The notes: a model not told the origin generated them from the sequence alone. A DNA stretch of 64,000 bases from a bacterium (GCA_040002475.1 JBDUEJ010000027.1:12086-76085), one strand, 5' to 3'; positions 1-10,169 are shown, numbered from the stretch's first letter. A program made the numbers and translations.

Positions 1-2108
1 GGAATCGGCGCGCGCGAGAACTGCTCGAAGTATTGCAGAGCCGCGTCGCGCCACCACTTGGCTTCCTTCTCTTGAATGGTCAGAAATGAGGCCACGTCGT
101 TGAAACGAGCTTCGTCGACTGCACCGCGAACCGTGTTCCACGCGCGCTCCATGGCCTTCACCGAGTCGACTCCGGCGTTGTAATGAGCGACCATCTCCTC
201 CCACACCGTCTTTCCCGAATGCATGTGATCGGTCCACCGCACGTGATGGAAGAACAGCAACTCATTCTCGGGAATGGAGTCTCTGTTCGCCAGGCGTTCG
301 CGCAACGGCGAGAAATATTGTTCGATCGCGTTGCTCCCGGTGGGCGTGCGGTCGAAGCCGATCCCGAGCGTGTCGGCGCGATGATAGTAGACGGGCGTCC
401 AATCCGGCCGGCCCTGGCTCACCCACGGACCCGGGCCATAGTGGTGGTTGGTCGCCATGATGTGCGCGAGCCCGATCGGCGTCATGTAGTTCACGACCGC
501 CTCGCGCGACATCATCATCATGCGTTTTATCGGCGCGACGATTTTCGGTTGGTTGGAAAACGTCATGCGAATCCAATCGTCGGCGATGCTTGCCGACGAC
601 ACCGTTGGGTTCCAGGCAAGGCGGCCGAATACGTACCAGTTCGCTTGGTTGAACTGCGAGCCGGTCCAGTTGCGATCGGTGCCGACGTTGCCGACGCCGG
701 CCATGGCCGTGCGCGCGTAACCGTGCAGCGAACCATCGATCACCTTGGCGACCGTCGATCCCTTGCCGTGCGCCCACGTATCGGACTTGAGCACTTCCTC
801 ATAGAGCGGTCCGAGGTACGCGAGGTGAGTGTCTTGCCCGAGATATTCCTTGGTGATTTGGAATTCCATGGCGAGCGGCGTCTTGGGCATGGCGCCAAAC
901 AGGGGAGAGAAGGGCTCGCGCGGTTGAAAATCGAGCGGCCCGTTCTTCACCTGCACGAAGACATTCTCGTGAAATTTGCCGTCCAGCGGTTTGAACTCAT
1001 CGTATGCCTGTTTGATGCGGTCCACGGGAACGGCGTCGCTGTAAACGAACGCGCGCCACATTACGACGCCGTGATGCGGCGCGATCGCGTCGGCGAGCAT
1101 GTTGGCACCGTCGGCGTGCGTGCGCTTGTAGTCCTGCGGCCCCGGCTGGCCTTCGGAGTTCGCTTTGACCACGAGGCCGCCGAAGTCGGGAATGACGGCG
1201 TAGACCTCGTCCACTTTTTTCTTCCACCAGTCGCGGACGGCGGGGTCGAGCGGATCGGCCGTTTTCAGACCGCCGAGCTCGATGGGCGCGCTGAAACGGG
1301 CCGTGAGAAAAACGTGAATGCCGTACGGACGAAAGACGGCGGCGAGCGTCGCGGCTTTCGCGAGATACTCCGGCGTCAACACCCTCGCGTTCGCGTTGAC
1401 GTTCGTGAGCACCGACGCATTGATGCCAATCGACGCGTTCGCACGCGCGTAGTCGCGATAGCGCGGAGTAACCGAATCCGGGAGCGCCGCCCAATCCCAC
1501 AGCGACTCGCCTGCGTATCCGCGCTCCACGCTGCGGTCAAGGTTGTCCCAATGATCGAGCACGCGAAGCTTGATGCGCGGCGCGTCGACAACGGACAGCG
1601 ACTCGAGCGAACCGTTCGTCTGGATCTGCCGCAGAAATCGAAACGCGCCGTAGAGCGCGCCCGCATCGGTGTTGCCGGCGATCACCGTGGCGCGATGCCC
1701 GTTTATTGTCGCGCGTCGGATGATGAAGCCGTCGGTGGCGAGCCTGCGGAGATCAGCGGCGAGAGGAAGGGCAGCGATCGTGGGCGAGCCAGAGAGCGAC
1801 CCGACCACGACGGCGCCATCGTGACTGGCCAATGGAACGCTTGGAATGTTCTTCCCAAGCAAGCCGCCCAGACCAGTCGCGAGCTCGGCGCCGATTGCGC
1901 GCATGGTGGGCGTGTCGCCCTGGAGCACGATCTCTGAAATGCCCGCGCGATACTCGGCCAGGCGCGAGGCATCGGCAATGAGGCGATACCTGAGCCAGAG
2001 ATCGTAGCCGTCCTCGTTCGGAGGAGCGGATTGCATTGCCGGAGCGGCGTGCCCGAGCGCCACCGCCACTCCGAGCGCGATCGCGGCGAGTGTCTTGTGC
2101 GTTTTCAC
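1..2108 (-). CDS. aguA: alpha-glucuronidase, glycoside hydrolase family 67 (3' end runs off the window edge)
   Basis: This gene is absent from the supplied track because it has no stop codon inside the window. Hand translation of the minus frame from GTG at 2108 stays open to position 1. It reads VKTHKTLAAIALGVAVALG (signal-like), then NEDGYDLWLRYRLIAD, RIKLRVLDHWDNLDRSVERGYAGESLW, GGLVVKANSEGQPGP and MEFQITKEYLGQDTHL. I recognise this pattern as GH67. The other two minus frames contain only short Arg-rich ORFs. Confidence 0.8.
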   Translation of the reverse strand, partial: MKTHKTLAAIALGVAVALGHAAPAMQSAPPNEDGYDLWLRYRLIADASRLAEYRAGISEIVLQGDTPTMRAIGAELATGLGGLLGKNIPSVPLASHDGAVVVGSLSGSPTIAALPLAADLRRLATDGFIIRRATINGHRATVIAGNTDAGALYGAFRFLRQIQTNGSLESLSVVDAPRIKLRVLDHWDNLDRSVERGYAGESLWDWAALPDSVTPRYRDYARANASIGINASVLTNVNANARVLTPEYLAKAATLAAVFRPYGIHVFLTARFSAPIELGGLKTADPLDPAVRDWWKKKVDEVYAVIPDFGGLVVKANSEGQPGPQDYKRTHADGANMLADAIAPHHGVVMWRAFVYSDAVPVDRIKQAYDEFKPLDGKFHENVFVQVKNGPLDFQPREPFSPLFGAMPKTPLAMEFQITKEYLGQDTHLAYLGPLYEEVLKSDTWAHGKGSTVAKVIDGSLHGYARTAMAGVGNVGTDRNWTGSQFNQANWYVFGRLAWNPTVSSASIADDWIRMTFSNQPKIVAPIKRMMMMSREAVVNYMTPIGLAHIMATNHHYGPGPWVSQGRPDWTPVYYHRADTLGIGFDRTPTGSNAIEQYFSPLRERLANRDSIPENELLFFHHVRWTDHMHSGKTVWEEMVAHYNAGVDSVKAMERAWNTVRGAVDEARFNDVASFLTIQEKEAKWWRDAALQYFEQFSRAPI

Positions 2109-2119
2109 AAACGACTGAA

Positions 2120-3364
2120 TCAGAACGGGATCTTGGGCGTGCGTGCGTCGTTCGGGTCGGCCCAGCTTTGATTTGGAATGAGCGGCGCCCAGCCTGGACG
2201 AAGCGGGTCCTGATCGTACGGATAGTTTCCGAGGCGCAGGAAGAGCTCGTGATACTCGCACATCTTTTGTTTGTCGAGCTTCACGCCGAGCCCGGGCGCG
2301 GTGGGCACAGGCAAGGTTCCACCGCAGTACTGCATTTTTCCGCCAACGATGACGTCGTCCACCAGATGGTGATAGTGCGCGTCGGCGGCGAACGTGAGAT
2401 TTGGAATCACCGCGCCCAAGTGCAACATTGTGGCGAGCTGAATGCCGAGCTCTCCCGACGAGTGAACGGCGACGCCGAGCTGGAATGCTTCGCAAATGCC
2501 GGCGGCTTTCACGCAGGCCCGAATGCCGCCCCAGAACGTCGTGTCGAGCAGAATCACATCGACGGCGGTTTGCAACACGTTCGCCGCGAGCTGCTCCATG
2601 TTGACGACCACCGTGTTCGTCGCCAACGGCATGCGAACTTTCTCGCGCGTACGACGCATGCCGTGCATGCCGTAGACGGGATCTTCCAGGTAGTCGTTAT
2701 TCAGATCTTCAATGCGCTGGCCAAACCATATTGCCTGTTCGGCGGACCAAACCCCGTTTGGATCGAAGCGGAGTCGATCGTCGGGCAGGGCTTGGGCGAT
2801 TGCGCGATAACATTCGAGCTCGTACTCGGGCGCAAACACTCCGCCCTTGAGCTTGTGCACGCCAAAGCCATACTGCTCCTTGAGCGATACCGCCTCGGCC
2901 ACAAGTTGGTCGCAGGTACGGACTTCGCCGGTGCCGTCCTTTGGATTTGCGTATCGATAGAAGAGGTAGGACGCGAACGGAATGCGGTCGCGCAGCTTGC
3001 CGCCGAGGATGTCGCAGACGGGAACGCCCCACTTTTGCCCCATGATGTCGAGGCAGGCGAATTCGAGCGCGGCGAGAATCTGTGTCCGCGGATTGTAGAG
3101 CGACGCCGTTGGGTTGGCGATGAGAAACCGCATCTCCTCGAGGCGGCAGGGATCGCGACCGAGGAGCGATGGCTTGAGTGCTTGGAAGGCAGCGACCGCG
3201 CTCTCGCCCCCGCCGCCCATCTCCCCCAGGCCAACGATGCCCTCGTCGGTTTCGACTTCAACGATGGTGCGAACGAAACGGCCCCAATGGCATCCGTTCG
3301 CGTGCCGAAGCGGCGCGGCGAGAGGGACGGTCACGGGCGTCGCCCGGATGTCGGTAATCTTCAT
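2120..3364 (-). CDS. enolase-superfamily enzyme, glucarate dehydratase-like
   Basis: The ORF is 414 aa with N-terminus [14 protein letters not shown]. It carries HKLKGG (KxK), FDPNG, LEDP, ATN and VHSSGE in the order expected for glucarate dehydratase-type enolase-superfamily members. It lies 9 nt downstream of aguA on the same strand. Confidence 0.75.
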   Translation of the reverse strand: MKITDIRATPVTVPLAAPLRHANGCHWGRFVRTIVEVETDEGIVGLGEMGGGGESAVAAFQALKPSLLGRDPCRLEEMRFLIANPTASLYNPRTQILAALEFACLDIMGQKWGVPVCDILGGKLRDRIPFASYLFYRYANPKDGTGEVRTCDQLVAEAVSLKEQYGFGVHKLKGGVFAPEYELECYRAIAQALPDDRLRFDPNGVWSAEQAIWFGQRIEDLNNDYLEDPVYGMHGMRRTREKVRMPLATNTVVVNMEQLAANVLQTAVDVILLDTTFWGGIRACVKAAGICEAFQLGVAVHSSGELGIQLATMLHLGAVIPNLTFAADAHYHHLVDDVIVGGKMQYCGGTLPVPTAPGLGVKLDKQKMCEYHELFLRLGNYPYDQDPLRPGWAPLIPNQSWADPNDARTPKIPF

Positions 3365-3477
3365 GCTCCGCGCGCTGGGGGTGATGGCGGTGGAGGAAAC
3401 AATTCTGGGACATCAATTCATCTTATCACTATCTATCTTGCTCTGCGTGGGCATGGCCTGTCAAGCGAAAAGAAAGG

Positions 3478-4299
3478 TCATACTCCGCTGAAGGCGCTGA
3501 ATCCGCCGTCAACGGGAATGACCGCGCCCGTGACGAAGGACGCCGAGTCGCTGCAGAGCCATTGGACGGCGCCCAGGATCTCGTTGGGGTTTCCGAATCG
3601 GCCCATCGGGGTTTTGGCGACGATCGCGGCAGCGCGGGCGGTGTGGCTCCCGTCGGGCTGGACCAGCACCGCGCGATTCTGGTGCGTCACGAAGAAGCCA
3701 GGCGCGATCGCGTTGACCCGAATGCGACCGCCATGCTTCCTCGCCATCTCGACCGCCATCCAACGCGTGAAGTTGTCGATCCCGGCTTTGGCAACCGAGT
3801 AGCCGAGCACGCCGCTGAGTGCCTGCGTCGCGGCCATGGACGAAATGTTGACGATCGCCCCGGTGCCGGCGGCGGCCATGGATTCGCCGAACACAAACGT
3901 CGGGATCACGGTGCCGTGCAAGTTCAGGCGAAGCACCTCGTCGAACGCACTGAGCGGCACCGAGAAAATGCTCGTGTTATCGTTGCGCGCGCGCGCGACG
4001 TTGCCGCCGGCGGCGTTGATCAGAATATCTACACGACCCCACTCGGCGATCAGCTCGTCGCGTGCGGTGCGGAGCTGCGCTTCATCCAGAACGTCGCCAA
4101 CGAGCGACATCGCGCGACCGCCGGCGGCGCGGATCTCCGCGGTTTTTGCATCGAGGGCGTCGCGTCGTCGCCCGAGAATCGCGACCTTGGCGCCCGCCGC
4201 GGCGAGCGACGACGCAATGTCGCCACCGAGCACACCGTACCCGCCCGTGACCACGGCGACTTTCCCAGCAATGCTGAACGCATCGACGCTCACCGACAC
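3478..4299 (-). CDS. short-chain dehydrogenase/reductase (SDR)
   Basis: The ORF is 273 aa. It has the Rossmann motif VVTGGYGVLGG, NISS, and the YSVAK (YxxxK) catalytic motif. Confidence 0.85.
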   Translation of the reverse strand: MSVSVDAFSIAGKVAVVTGGYGVLGGDIASSLAAAGAKVAILGRRRDALDAKTAEIRAAGGRAMSLVGDVLDEAQLRTARDELIAEWGRVDILINAAGGNVARARNDNTSIFSVPLSAFDEVLRLNLHGTVIPTFVFGESMAAAGTGAIVNISSMAATQALSGVLGYSVAKAGIDNFTRWMAVEMARKHGGRIRVNAIAPGFFVTHQNRAVLVQPDGSHTARAAAIVAKTPMGRFGNPNEILGAVQWLCSDSASFVTGAVIPVDGGFSAFSGV

Positions 4300-4391
4300 T
4301 CGTCTTCCTCCACTGGCCCGTTGGGGGAGTAAGGTAGTCGACGAGTATGGTGTTGCCGAACCGATCTGGCGAACCTACCGCCGAACGAGAA

Positions 4392-4670
4392 TCAGATTCG
4401 CTTTTCGATGGTGCGCAGCGCGCGCAGCAGCGGTGTGAGATCGCGCGTCGCCAGCTCGGGGTGTTGGAGCTCGGCGCTTTCCGCCTGATGCAGACGTCGT
4501 CCCACTTGCGTGTCCGACGCGCCGCGCGACAGGAGGTTGTACACCTCGTGCGCGTACGCCGGGTAGCCCGCGCGCGGCTCGGGTTGCTCACGCATGCCGA
4601 GAGGATCCCACTGCTCGAGCAACAGCACTCCAATCTCGGCTTCGATCGCGGCTTGGTTCTCTGCGCTCAT
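4392..4670 (-). CDS. hypothetical small protein (92 aa from the internal ATG)
   Basis: The ORF has high GC3 when read on the minus strand. I prefer the start at MSAENQ (ATG 4670) over the track start at 4706. I recognise no domain. Confidence 0.5.
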   Translation of the reverse strand: MSAENQAAIEAEIGVLLLEQWDPLGMREQPEPRAGYPAYAHEVYNLLSRGASDTQVGRRLHQAESAELQHPELATRDLTPLLRALRTIEKRI

Positions 4671-4760
4671 GGTGGCTCCGGTTCGGGACGCGCCCCACAC
4701 GGGCAACGCTACTTGAACAGGCGGCGCCGCAACGGCGAAGTCAAGGTCGCGGCCGTCTCG

Positions 4761-5261
4761 TCACCAGCCGATGCCGAGCGTCCACTCCGTTGCGCCGGAA
4801 TGAAAGCCCGAGCCAATGCCGCGCGTTCGTACCTCGGCGCGGAATCGAAGCGGCGTGAGCGGAATTCCGGCGCGCACACCGGCTGACGCCGAGCCAGTCA
4901 TCACGCTCTTGTGCGGATCGGGTCCGCTCAGCGCCGTGAACCAACCGCCGCCGATTCCAATGTACGGCCGAATGAGAATGGGCAGAAGCTGAAACTGCAG
5001 CTGTGCTTCAGGAATGATGTACGTGCGGTGAACGCCGTTCTCATTCGGACGAAAGAGGCCAACACTTCCGTCGGCGACGAGCGACATGAGCGGAATGTCG
5101 ATGCGGAGCGCGCCGAATGGTGTTGAGCCGCTGCCGTTCAAATGGTATTGCGATACTCCGCCGACGACACCAAGCGACGGAAGGGGGAGTTGTGCGTTCG
5201 ACCGGCATGGGACGAGCGCGAGCAATGCCGACGCGACAAATGCGCGAGCGAGCTGAGACAT
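4761..5261 (-). CDS. outer-membrane beta-barrel protein (OmpW/OMP_b-brl-like)
   Basis: The internal start MSQLARAFVASALLALVPCRSNAQ gives a signal peptide. Alternating hydrophobic beta-strand patterns follow. The C-terminus is aromatic (LGIGW). Confidence 0.6.
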   Translation of the reverse strand: MSQLARAFVASALLALVPCRSNAQLPLPSLGVVGGVSQYHLNGSGSTPFGALRIDIPLMSLVADGSVGLFRPNENGVHRTYIIPEAQLQFQLLPILIRPYIGIGGGWFTALSGPDPHKSVMTGSASAGVRAGIPLTPLRFRAEVRTRGIGSGFHSGATEWTLGIGW

Positions 5262-5538
5262 AGCGCGTGTGTTCGGCGAATTCCGCGCCACCGCAATCGA
5301 TCGAGCGCGACCGTTTCCACAGCGTTGGCACAGGCGACGCTGACGGAGCACAGATAAAGCACGGCGACAAAAAAGTCCGTTTCAATGCGCGCGGCAACGT
5401 CGCGGGCGGTGCAGCGTTCAGTGTGCCGCGCGCCGACATAACCGTTCATTTCGGGCCATTCACCGAGAGCAGGAAAGTGATATCGGTCTCCCCGAATTCC
5501 GTGTGCTCTCGCCTCTCATCATCCGGCGATGCGCGCGG

Positions 5539-5544
5539 TATATT
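5539..5544 (+). promoter_or_regulatory. -10-like TATATT hexamer 6 nt upstream of the ATG at 5551 (possible leaderless transcript)
   Basis: The sequence GGTATATTCCGCCCATG has no Shine-Dalgarno between the hexamer and the ATG. The -35 region is weak. Confidence 0.25.
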
Positions 5545-5550
5545 CCGCCC

Positions 5551-5973
5551 ATGCGACTGTTGTGTGTGGGCCGACATCAGTATTTGAGCGAGCATCTCGG
5601 ACGCTACTTCGAGACGCTCGGCGTGGACACCATTCCGTGTGTCGGCGTGAATCACGCCATGCAAATGATTGGCGATTGCGATCCCGATGCGATCGTGTGC
5701 GACTACGATTTGCTCGCGAGCATTCCGGTCGAGGCGTGGGAGAGCGATCCACGGTTGCGGCGTGTCCCGTTCATCGCAGTGAGTCTCACGCGGCATCCGG
5801 GCGAGGCGCATGTGCTCGACGTGAGCGGGATCGCGGGATTCCTGTATCTCCCGACTCTGCAGCCGGAGGACGCGCAGCGCGTGCTCGAGCTGGTACGGCA
5901 GAGGGGCGGCAGCATCAACCCGCCGAACGTGTTGCCGTGGCCGGCGACGACACCAATCGCGCAGTTCCACTGA
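5551..5973 (+). CDS. degenerate (pseudo-)receiver domain protein
   Basis: The layout is REC-like: MRLLCVG (beta1), AIVCDYDLL (beta3 with Asp), PFIAVSL (beta4 Ser), GFLYLP (beta5). The acidic pair after beta1 is replaced by GR, and the conserved Lys by Leu. Confidence 0.55.
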   Translation: MRLLCVGRHQYLSEHLGRYFETLGVDTIPCVGVNHAMQMIGDCDPDAIVCDYDLLASIPVEAWESDPRLRRVPFIAVSLTRHPGEAHVLDVSGIAGFLYLPTLQPEDAQRVLELVRQRGGSINPPNVLPWPATTPIAQFH

Positions 5974-7340
5974 GCGGCGCCGCGGAGAACGCGCGCGCGT
6001 TCGTTCCGGCCCGGCCTCTGCTCGACGCGCTCGAGGCCACGCGTGTCGACGGAACGCCGCGGCACGTCGTACTCGGTGACGCGTCCGAACAGGAGATGGA
6101 GCTCGAAATCTGTCGCGATGCCGACGGGCGTGTGCTCATCGGATTGTCGCAGATGGGGCCGAGCGACGAGAGCGAAGCGCTGCGACGACTCGCGCGGCAG
6201 ATGGCGGCCGAGACCGACACGTCGAAGTTGCTCGAGATCCTGTGCAATGCCGCGGGCGAGCAGTGCGCCGCGAATGGCGCGTCGGTGCTCAAGGCGGTGG
6301 CGAACGAGGGCGAGCTGATCGCCGCCACTGGACCGCTGGGGGTCGCGCGCGGGCGGCGGTTCGCTCTCCCGGGGTCGCTGGCGCGGGAGGTCCTCCGCAC
6401 GCGCGATATCGTCGCCGTGGCCGACTTCAGCGGCTCCTCACGACCACTGATGAAGGTCGCGCCTGAAGTGCGGGTCGGGCCGATGCTGCTCGCTCCGCTC
6501 ATCGCGCATGAAACCATACTCGGCGTGCTTGCCGTTACGCGCGACATCGGGGCTCCGCCGTTCTCGAAGCGTGATGCGCATCGCATGCGCGCGATCGCCG
6601 ACTACGCGGCGCTCGCGCTGTGGAAGGCGGAGCTGCTCGATCAGGCTCAGTCCGCGGACCGCGCGAAGAGTCGATTCCTGGCGACCGTGTCGCACGAGCT
6701 GCGCACGCCGCTCACGGCGCTGGCGGGGTACGAGGAGCTGCTCGTGGATCAGGTCATGGGACCGCTGTCCGATCCGCAGCTCGACGTGCTGGAGCGGATG
6801 CGGTCGGTGACGCAACACTTGGCGACAGTCATTGAAGAGGTGCTCGCGTTCTCGAGCCTGGACGAAGGGCACGAGATCGTGCGCGCGACCGATTTTCTTG
6901 CCGCGGATCTGGTGCACGCGGCAATGGCCATCATTGAGCCGCTGGCGCGACAGAAGCGTCTGGTGTTCGAGTCGAGCGTTCCCGATACGCCCATTCGCAT
7001 GACGAGCGACATCGACAAGGTCCGGCAGATTCTCATCAACCTGGCGGGGAATGCCGTGAAGTTCACGGACACGGGCAAGGTTGCGCTCGAGCTCGAGCGG
7101 CAGGGTGCCGACGTGCGGTTTACGGTGCGTGATACGGGGATCGGCATTGCGCGCCGCGATATCGACCGGCTGTTCAAGCCTTTTGCGCAGCTGGACACTG
7201 GCCTGACGCGGCGGCACGGGGGAACCGGGCTCGGTCTTTACATCGCGCGCGGCCTGGCCGAGCTGCTGGGCGGCCGAATCGAGGTGGCGTCGGAGTTCGG
7301 GAAAGGCTCGGCGTTCACGCTCGTGCTGCCCGCCGACTAG
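5937..7340 (+). CDS. cytoplasmic GAF-domain sensor histidine kinase
   Basis: A GAF-like region is followed by HisKA (FLATVSHELRTPLTAL) and HATPase_c (NLAGNAVKFT, DTGIGI, GGTGLGL). No TM segment is present. The start is uncertain. GC3 is about 85 percent from 5970 to 6095, which argues for translation upstream of the first ATG (6096). The in-frame GTG at 5937 is the nearest candidate and overlaps the upstream gene by 37 nt. Confidence 0.8.
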   Translation: MAGDDTNRAVPLSGAAENARAFVPARPLLDALEATRVDGTPRHVVLGDASEQEMELEICRDADGRVLIGLSQMGPSDESEALRRLARQMAAETDTSKLLEILCNAAGEQCAANGASVLKAVANEGELIAATGPLGVARGRRFALPGSLAREVLRTRDIVAVADFSGSSRPLMKVAPEVRVGPMLLAPLIAHETILGVLAVTRDIGAPPFSKRDAHRMRAIADYAALALWKAELLDQAQSADRAKSRFLATVSHELRTPLTALAGYEELLVDQVMGPLSDPQLDVLERMRSVTQHLATVIEEVLAFSSLDEGHEIVRATDFLAADLVHAAMAIIEPLARQKRLVFESSVPDTPIRMTSDIDKVRQILINLAGNAVKFTDTGKVALELERQGADVRFTVRDTGIGIARRDIDRLFKPFAQLDTGLTRRHGGTGLGLYIARGLAELLGGRIEVASEFGKGSAFTLVLPAD

Positions 7341-7381
7341 CCCTGACCGCGGCCTCGCAACTCGCGTTAGATTTGGAAATT

Positions 7382-10135
7382 ATGTCCAGTCTTCCCATCA
7401 CGGGTGTCTTCAACGACGGCTACATCGCGCAGGCGTACGATTCGTATCGCCGCGACCCAGCCTCGGTGGATGAAAGTTGGCGACAGTTCTTCCGCGTTGC
7501 GGAGCAGCTCGCCTCGACCGGTAGTGCGGCGGGCGCCGTCGACGCCGGCTTACTTCGAAAGGCCGCCGGCGCTGCATCGCTAGTCGGCGCCATTCAGCGT
7601 CACGGCCATCTCGCCGTCGCGCTCGATCCTCTCGGAAGCGCGCCACCCGGTGCGCCGGAGCTCAAGCCTGAGTTCCACGGCATCACCGACGCCGATCTGC
7701 GCCAATTGCCGGCGTCAGCCATCGACTCGAATGCTGAGACCAGCACCGCCGCCGACGTCGTTCAGAAAATGCGCGAGGTCTACTGCGGCGCCCTCGGCTA
7801 CGAGTTCGAGCACCTCGGCGACGAAACGGAGCGTCAGTGGTTTCGTTCGACGATCGAGGCGGGCGACGTCATGATCCCGTTGACCGACGACGAGAAGAAG
7901 GCGCTGTTGCAGCGGCTGGTCGAGGTGGATGGGCTCGAGCGGTTCCTGGGTTTGGCGTACGTAAGCGTGAAGCGCTTTTCGATCGAGGGAATCGACGCGC
8001 TCGTGCCCATGCTCGACGAATCGATCGCGCGCGGCGCGCATGCCGGGGCGCGGCAGATCGTGATCGGCATGGCGCATCGCGGTCGTCTGAACGTGCTCAC
8101 GCACGTGATGGGCAAGTCGTATCGCGCGCTGCTCGAGGAGTTCGAGGGCAGGCATGGGCCGGCGAGCCCCGACGGCGAAACGGGCGACGTGAAGTATCAC
8201 AAGGGCTATCACGGAACGCGTGAGTTTGCGGACGCGGGCCAGGTGTCGCTCGAGCTCGTGCCGAATCCGAGCCATCTCGAGGTCGTGAATCCGGTGGTCG
8301 CCGGCGTGGTGCGGGCCAGGCAGCGTGTGGCCGGCGGCGCACCGAACGCGCGCGATGAAGCGAGCGTGCTGCCGATCGTCATTCACGGCGACTCGGCGTT
8401 TCCGGGTGAGGGTGTGGTGCCGGAGACGCTCAATCTGTCGTTGCTGCGCGGGTATCGCGTGGGCGGAACGCTGCACATCATCGGCAACAACCAGGTGGGC
8501 TTCACCACCGATCCGATCGACGCGCGCTCGACGCACTACGCGAGCGATCTCGCGAAGGGCTTTGAGATCCCGATCGTGCACGTCAATGCCGACGACGTCG
8601 AGGCGTGCATCCAGGCGATCCGTCTCGGTATCGCCTACCGCCAGCGGTTCAATAAGGATTTCCTCATCGACCTCGTGGGCTACCGTCGTCACGGGCACAA
8701 CGAGGCCGATCAGCCGGCGTTTACGCAGCCGCTGATGTACAAGATCGTCAGCGAGCACCCGACCCCGCGCGACGTGTTCGCGGCGCGACTGGTACGTGAG
8801 CGCTTGGTGACGGAACCAGAGGTCAAGGCGTCCGCGCAGGCGCTGACCGATCGGCTCAACGCGATCTATCAGGAAATGAAGAAGGAGACGCCGGCGCACG
8901 CGGCCGACGCGGCGGTGGCAAAGACAGTGCCCGCCGCCGCCGAAACGGCCGTGCGCGCCGAGAAGCTGGTGGCGCTCAATGAACAGCTCCTCAGCTGGCC
9001 GTCCAACTTTGCCGTGCACGCGACCATGCAGCGAACGTTGCCGCGCCGTCGCGATGCGATCAGCAGCGGCGGCATCGATTGGGGTCACGCCGAAACGTTG
9101 GCGTTCGCGTCGCTCCTCACCGAAGGCACGAGCGTGCGCATCACCGGCCAGGACGCCGAGCGCGGGACGTTCTCGCACCGCCATGCGGTGTTGCACGATG
9201 TGAAGACGGGCGAGACCTACACGCCCTTGGGCAATCTGCCGCAGGCGACCGCGGCATTCGAGATCTACAATAGCCCGCTGTCGGAAACGGCGGTGTTGGG
9301 GTTCGAGTACGGCTTCAGTGTGGCGGCTCCGGACGAGCTGGTGGTCTGGGAGGCGCAGTACGGGGATTTCGCCAACGTCGCGCAGCCGATCGTGGATCAG
9401 TTCATCTCGGCCGGGCGCGCAAAGTGGCGGCAGGATTCCGGGCTCGTGATGCTGTTGCCGCACGGATACGAAGGCCAGGGTCCCGAGCACTCGAGCGCCC
9501 GTCTCGAGCGGTATTTGCAGCTGTCGGCTGAAGACAACATGGTTGTGGCGTATCCGTCCACGCCCGCGCAGTACTTTCACATTCTGCGCCGGCAGGCGGC
9601 GCGGCGGCCACAGCGTCCGCTCGTGCTGATGCAGCCGAAGCAATTGCTTCGCATGCCCGCGGCGGCGTCCACGCTCGAGGAACTGGCCAACGGCACGTTC
9701 CTGCCGGTGCTCGACGATCCGATCGCATCGGCGAATCGCGACGCCGTGCAGCGCCTGGTCTTCTGCACCGGCAAGATTTACTACGACCTTACGACGGGCG
9801 TGGGCGAGCGTCCGTCGAACGTCGCGATCATTCGTGTGGAGGAGCTGGCTCCGTGGCCGCGCGAAGTCGGCGAGGTGGTGGACCTCTATCCGAACGTCGA
9901 CGAAGTCGTGTGGGCGCAGGAAGAGCCGAAGAACATGGGGGCGTGGACGTACGTCCAGCCGCGCCTGCGCGCGTCGATCGGCACGTTGACCACGCTGCGG
10001 TATTTCGGACGTCCGGAACGGTCGAGCCCCGCCGAGGGTTATAAGTCGTCGCACGACGTCGAGCAGGCGCGGATTGTGAAGGAAGTGCTCACCTACGCGC
10101 CGGCGTCGAAGAAAAAGGCAGGCGCGACTCGCTGA
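7382..10135 (+). CDS. sucA: 2-oxoglutarate dehydrogenase E1 component
   Basis: The protein is about 917 aa with N-terminus FNDGYIAQAYDSYRRDPASVDESWRQFF. The length and internal motifs are typical of SucA. I prefer ATG 7382 to the TTG at 7373. Confidence 0.9.
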   Translation: MSSLPITGVFNDGYIAQAYDSYRRDPASVDESWRQFFRVAEQLASTGSAAGAVDAGLLRKAAGAASLVGAIQRHGHLAVALDPLGSAPPGAPELKPEFHGITDADLRQLPASAIDSNAETSTAADVVQKMREVYCGALGYEFEHLGDETERQWFRSTIEAGDVMIPLTDDEKKALLQRLVEVDGLERFLGLAYVSVKRFSIEGIDALVPMLDESIARGAHAGARQIVIGMAHRGRLNVLTHVMGKSYRALLEEFEGRHGPASPDGETGDVKYHKGYHGTREFADAGQVSLELVPNPSHLEVVNPVVAGVVRARQRVAGGAPNARDEASVLPIVIHGDSAFPGEGVVPETLNLSLLRGYRVGGTLHIIGNNQVGFTTDPIDARSTHYASDLAKGFEIPIVHVNADDVEACIQAIRLGIAYRQRFNKDFLIDLVGYRRHGHNEADQPAFTQPLMYKIVSEHPTPRDVFAARLVRERLVTEPEVKASAQALTDRLNAIYQEMKKETPAHAADAAVAKTVPAAAETAVRAEKLVALNEQLLSWPSNFAVHATMQRTLPRRRDAISSGGIDWGHAETLAFASLLTEGTSVRITGQDAERGTFSHRHAVLHDVKTGETYTPLGNLPQATAAFEIYNSPLSETAVLGFEYGFSVAAPDELVVWEAQYGDFANVAQPIVDQFISAGRAKWRQDSGLVMLLPHGYEGQGPEHSSARLERYLQLSAEDNMVVAYPSTPAQYFHILRRQAARRPQRPLVLMQPKQLLRMPAAASTLEELANGTFLPVLDDPIASANRDAVQRLVFCTGKIYYDLTTGVGERPSNVAIIRVEELAPWPREVGEVVDLYPNVDEVVWAQEEPKNMGAWTYVQPRLRASIGTLTTLRYFGRPERSSPAEGYKSSHDVEQARIVKEVLTYAPASKKKAGATR

Positions 10136-10169
10136 GCCGCGCCGCCGCATCGCTTTCCGGGGAAAACGA

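Noticed and set aside
183-1937. A 584-aa plus-strand ORF. Similar long antisense ORFs occur at 7715-10216(-), 10773-12182(-), 27643-29055(-), 33776-34915(-), 13699-14844(+), 51213-52127(-) and 61200-62093(+).
   Set aside because: All are Arg/Ala/Gly-rich with no recognisable motifs. All lie antisense or out of frame to genes with clear family signatures. Long stop-free shadow frames are expected in DNA this GC-rich.
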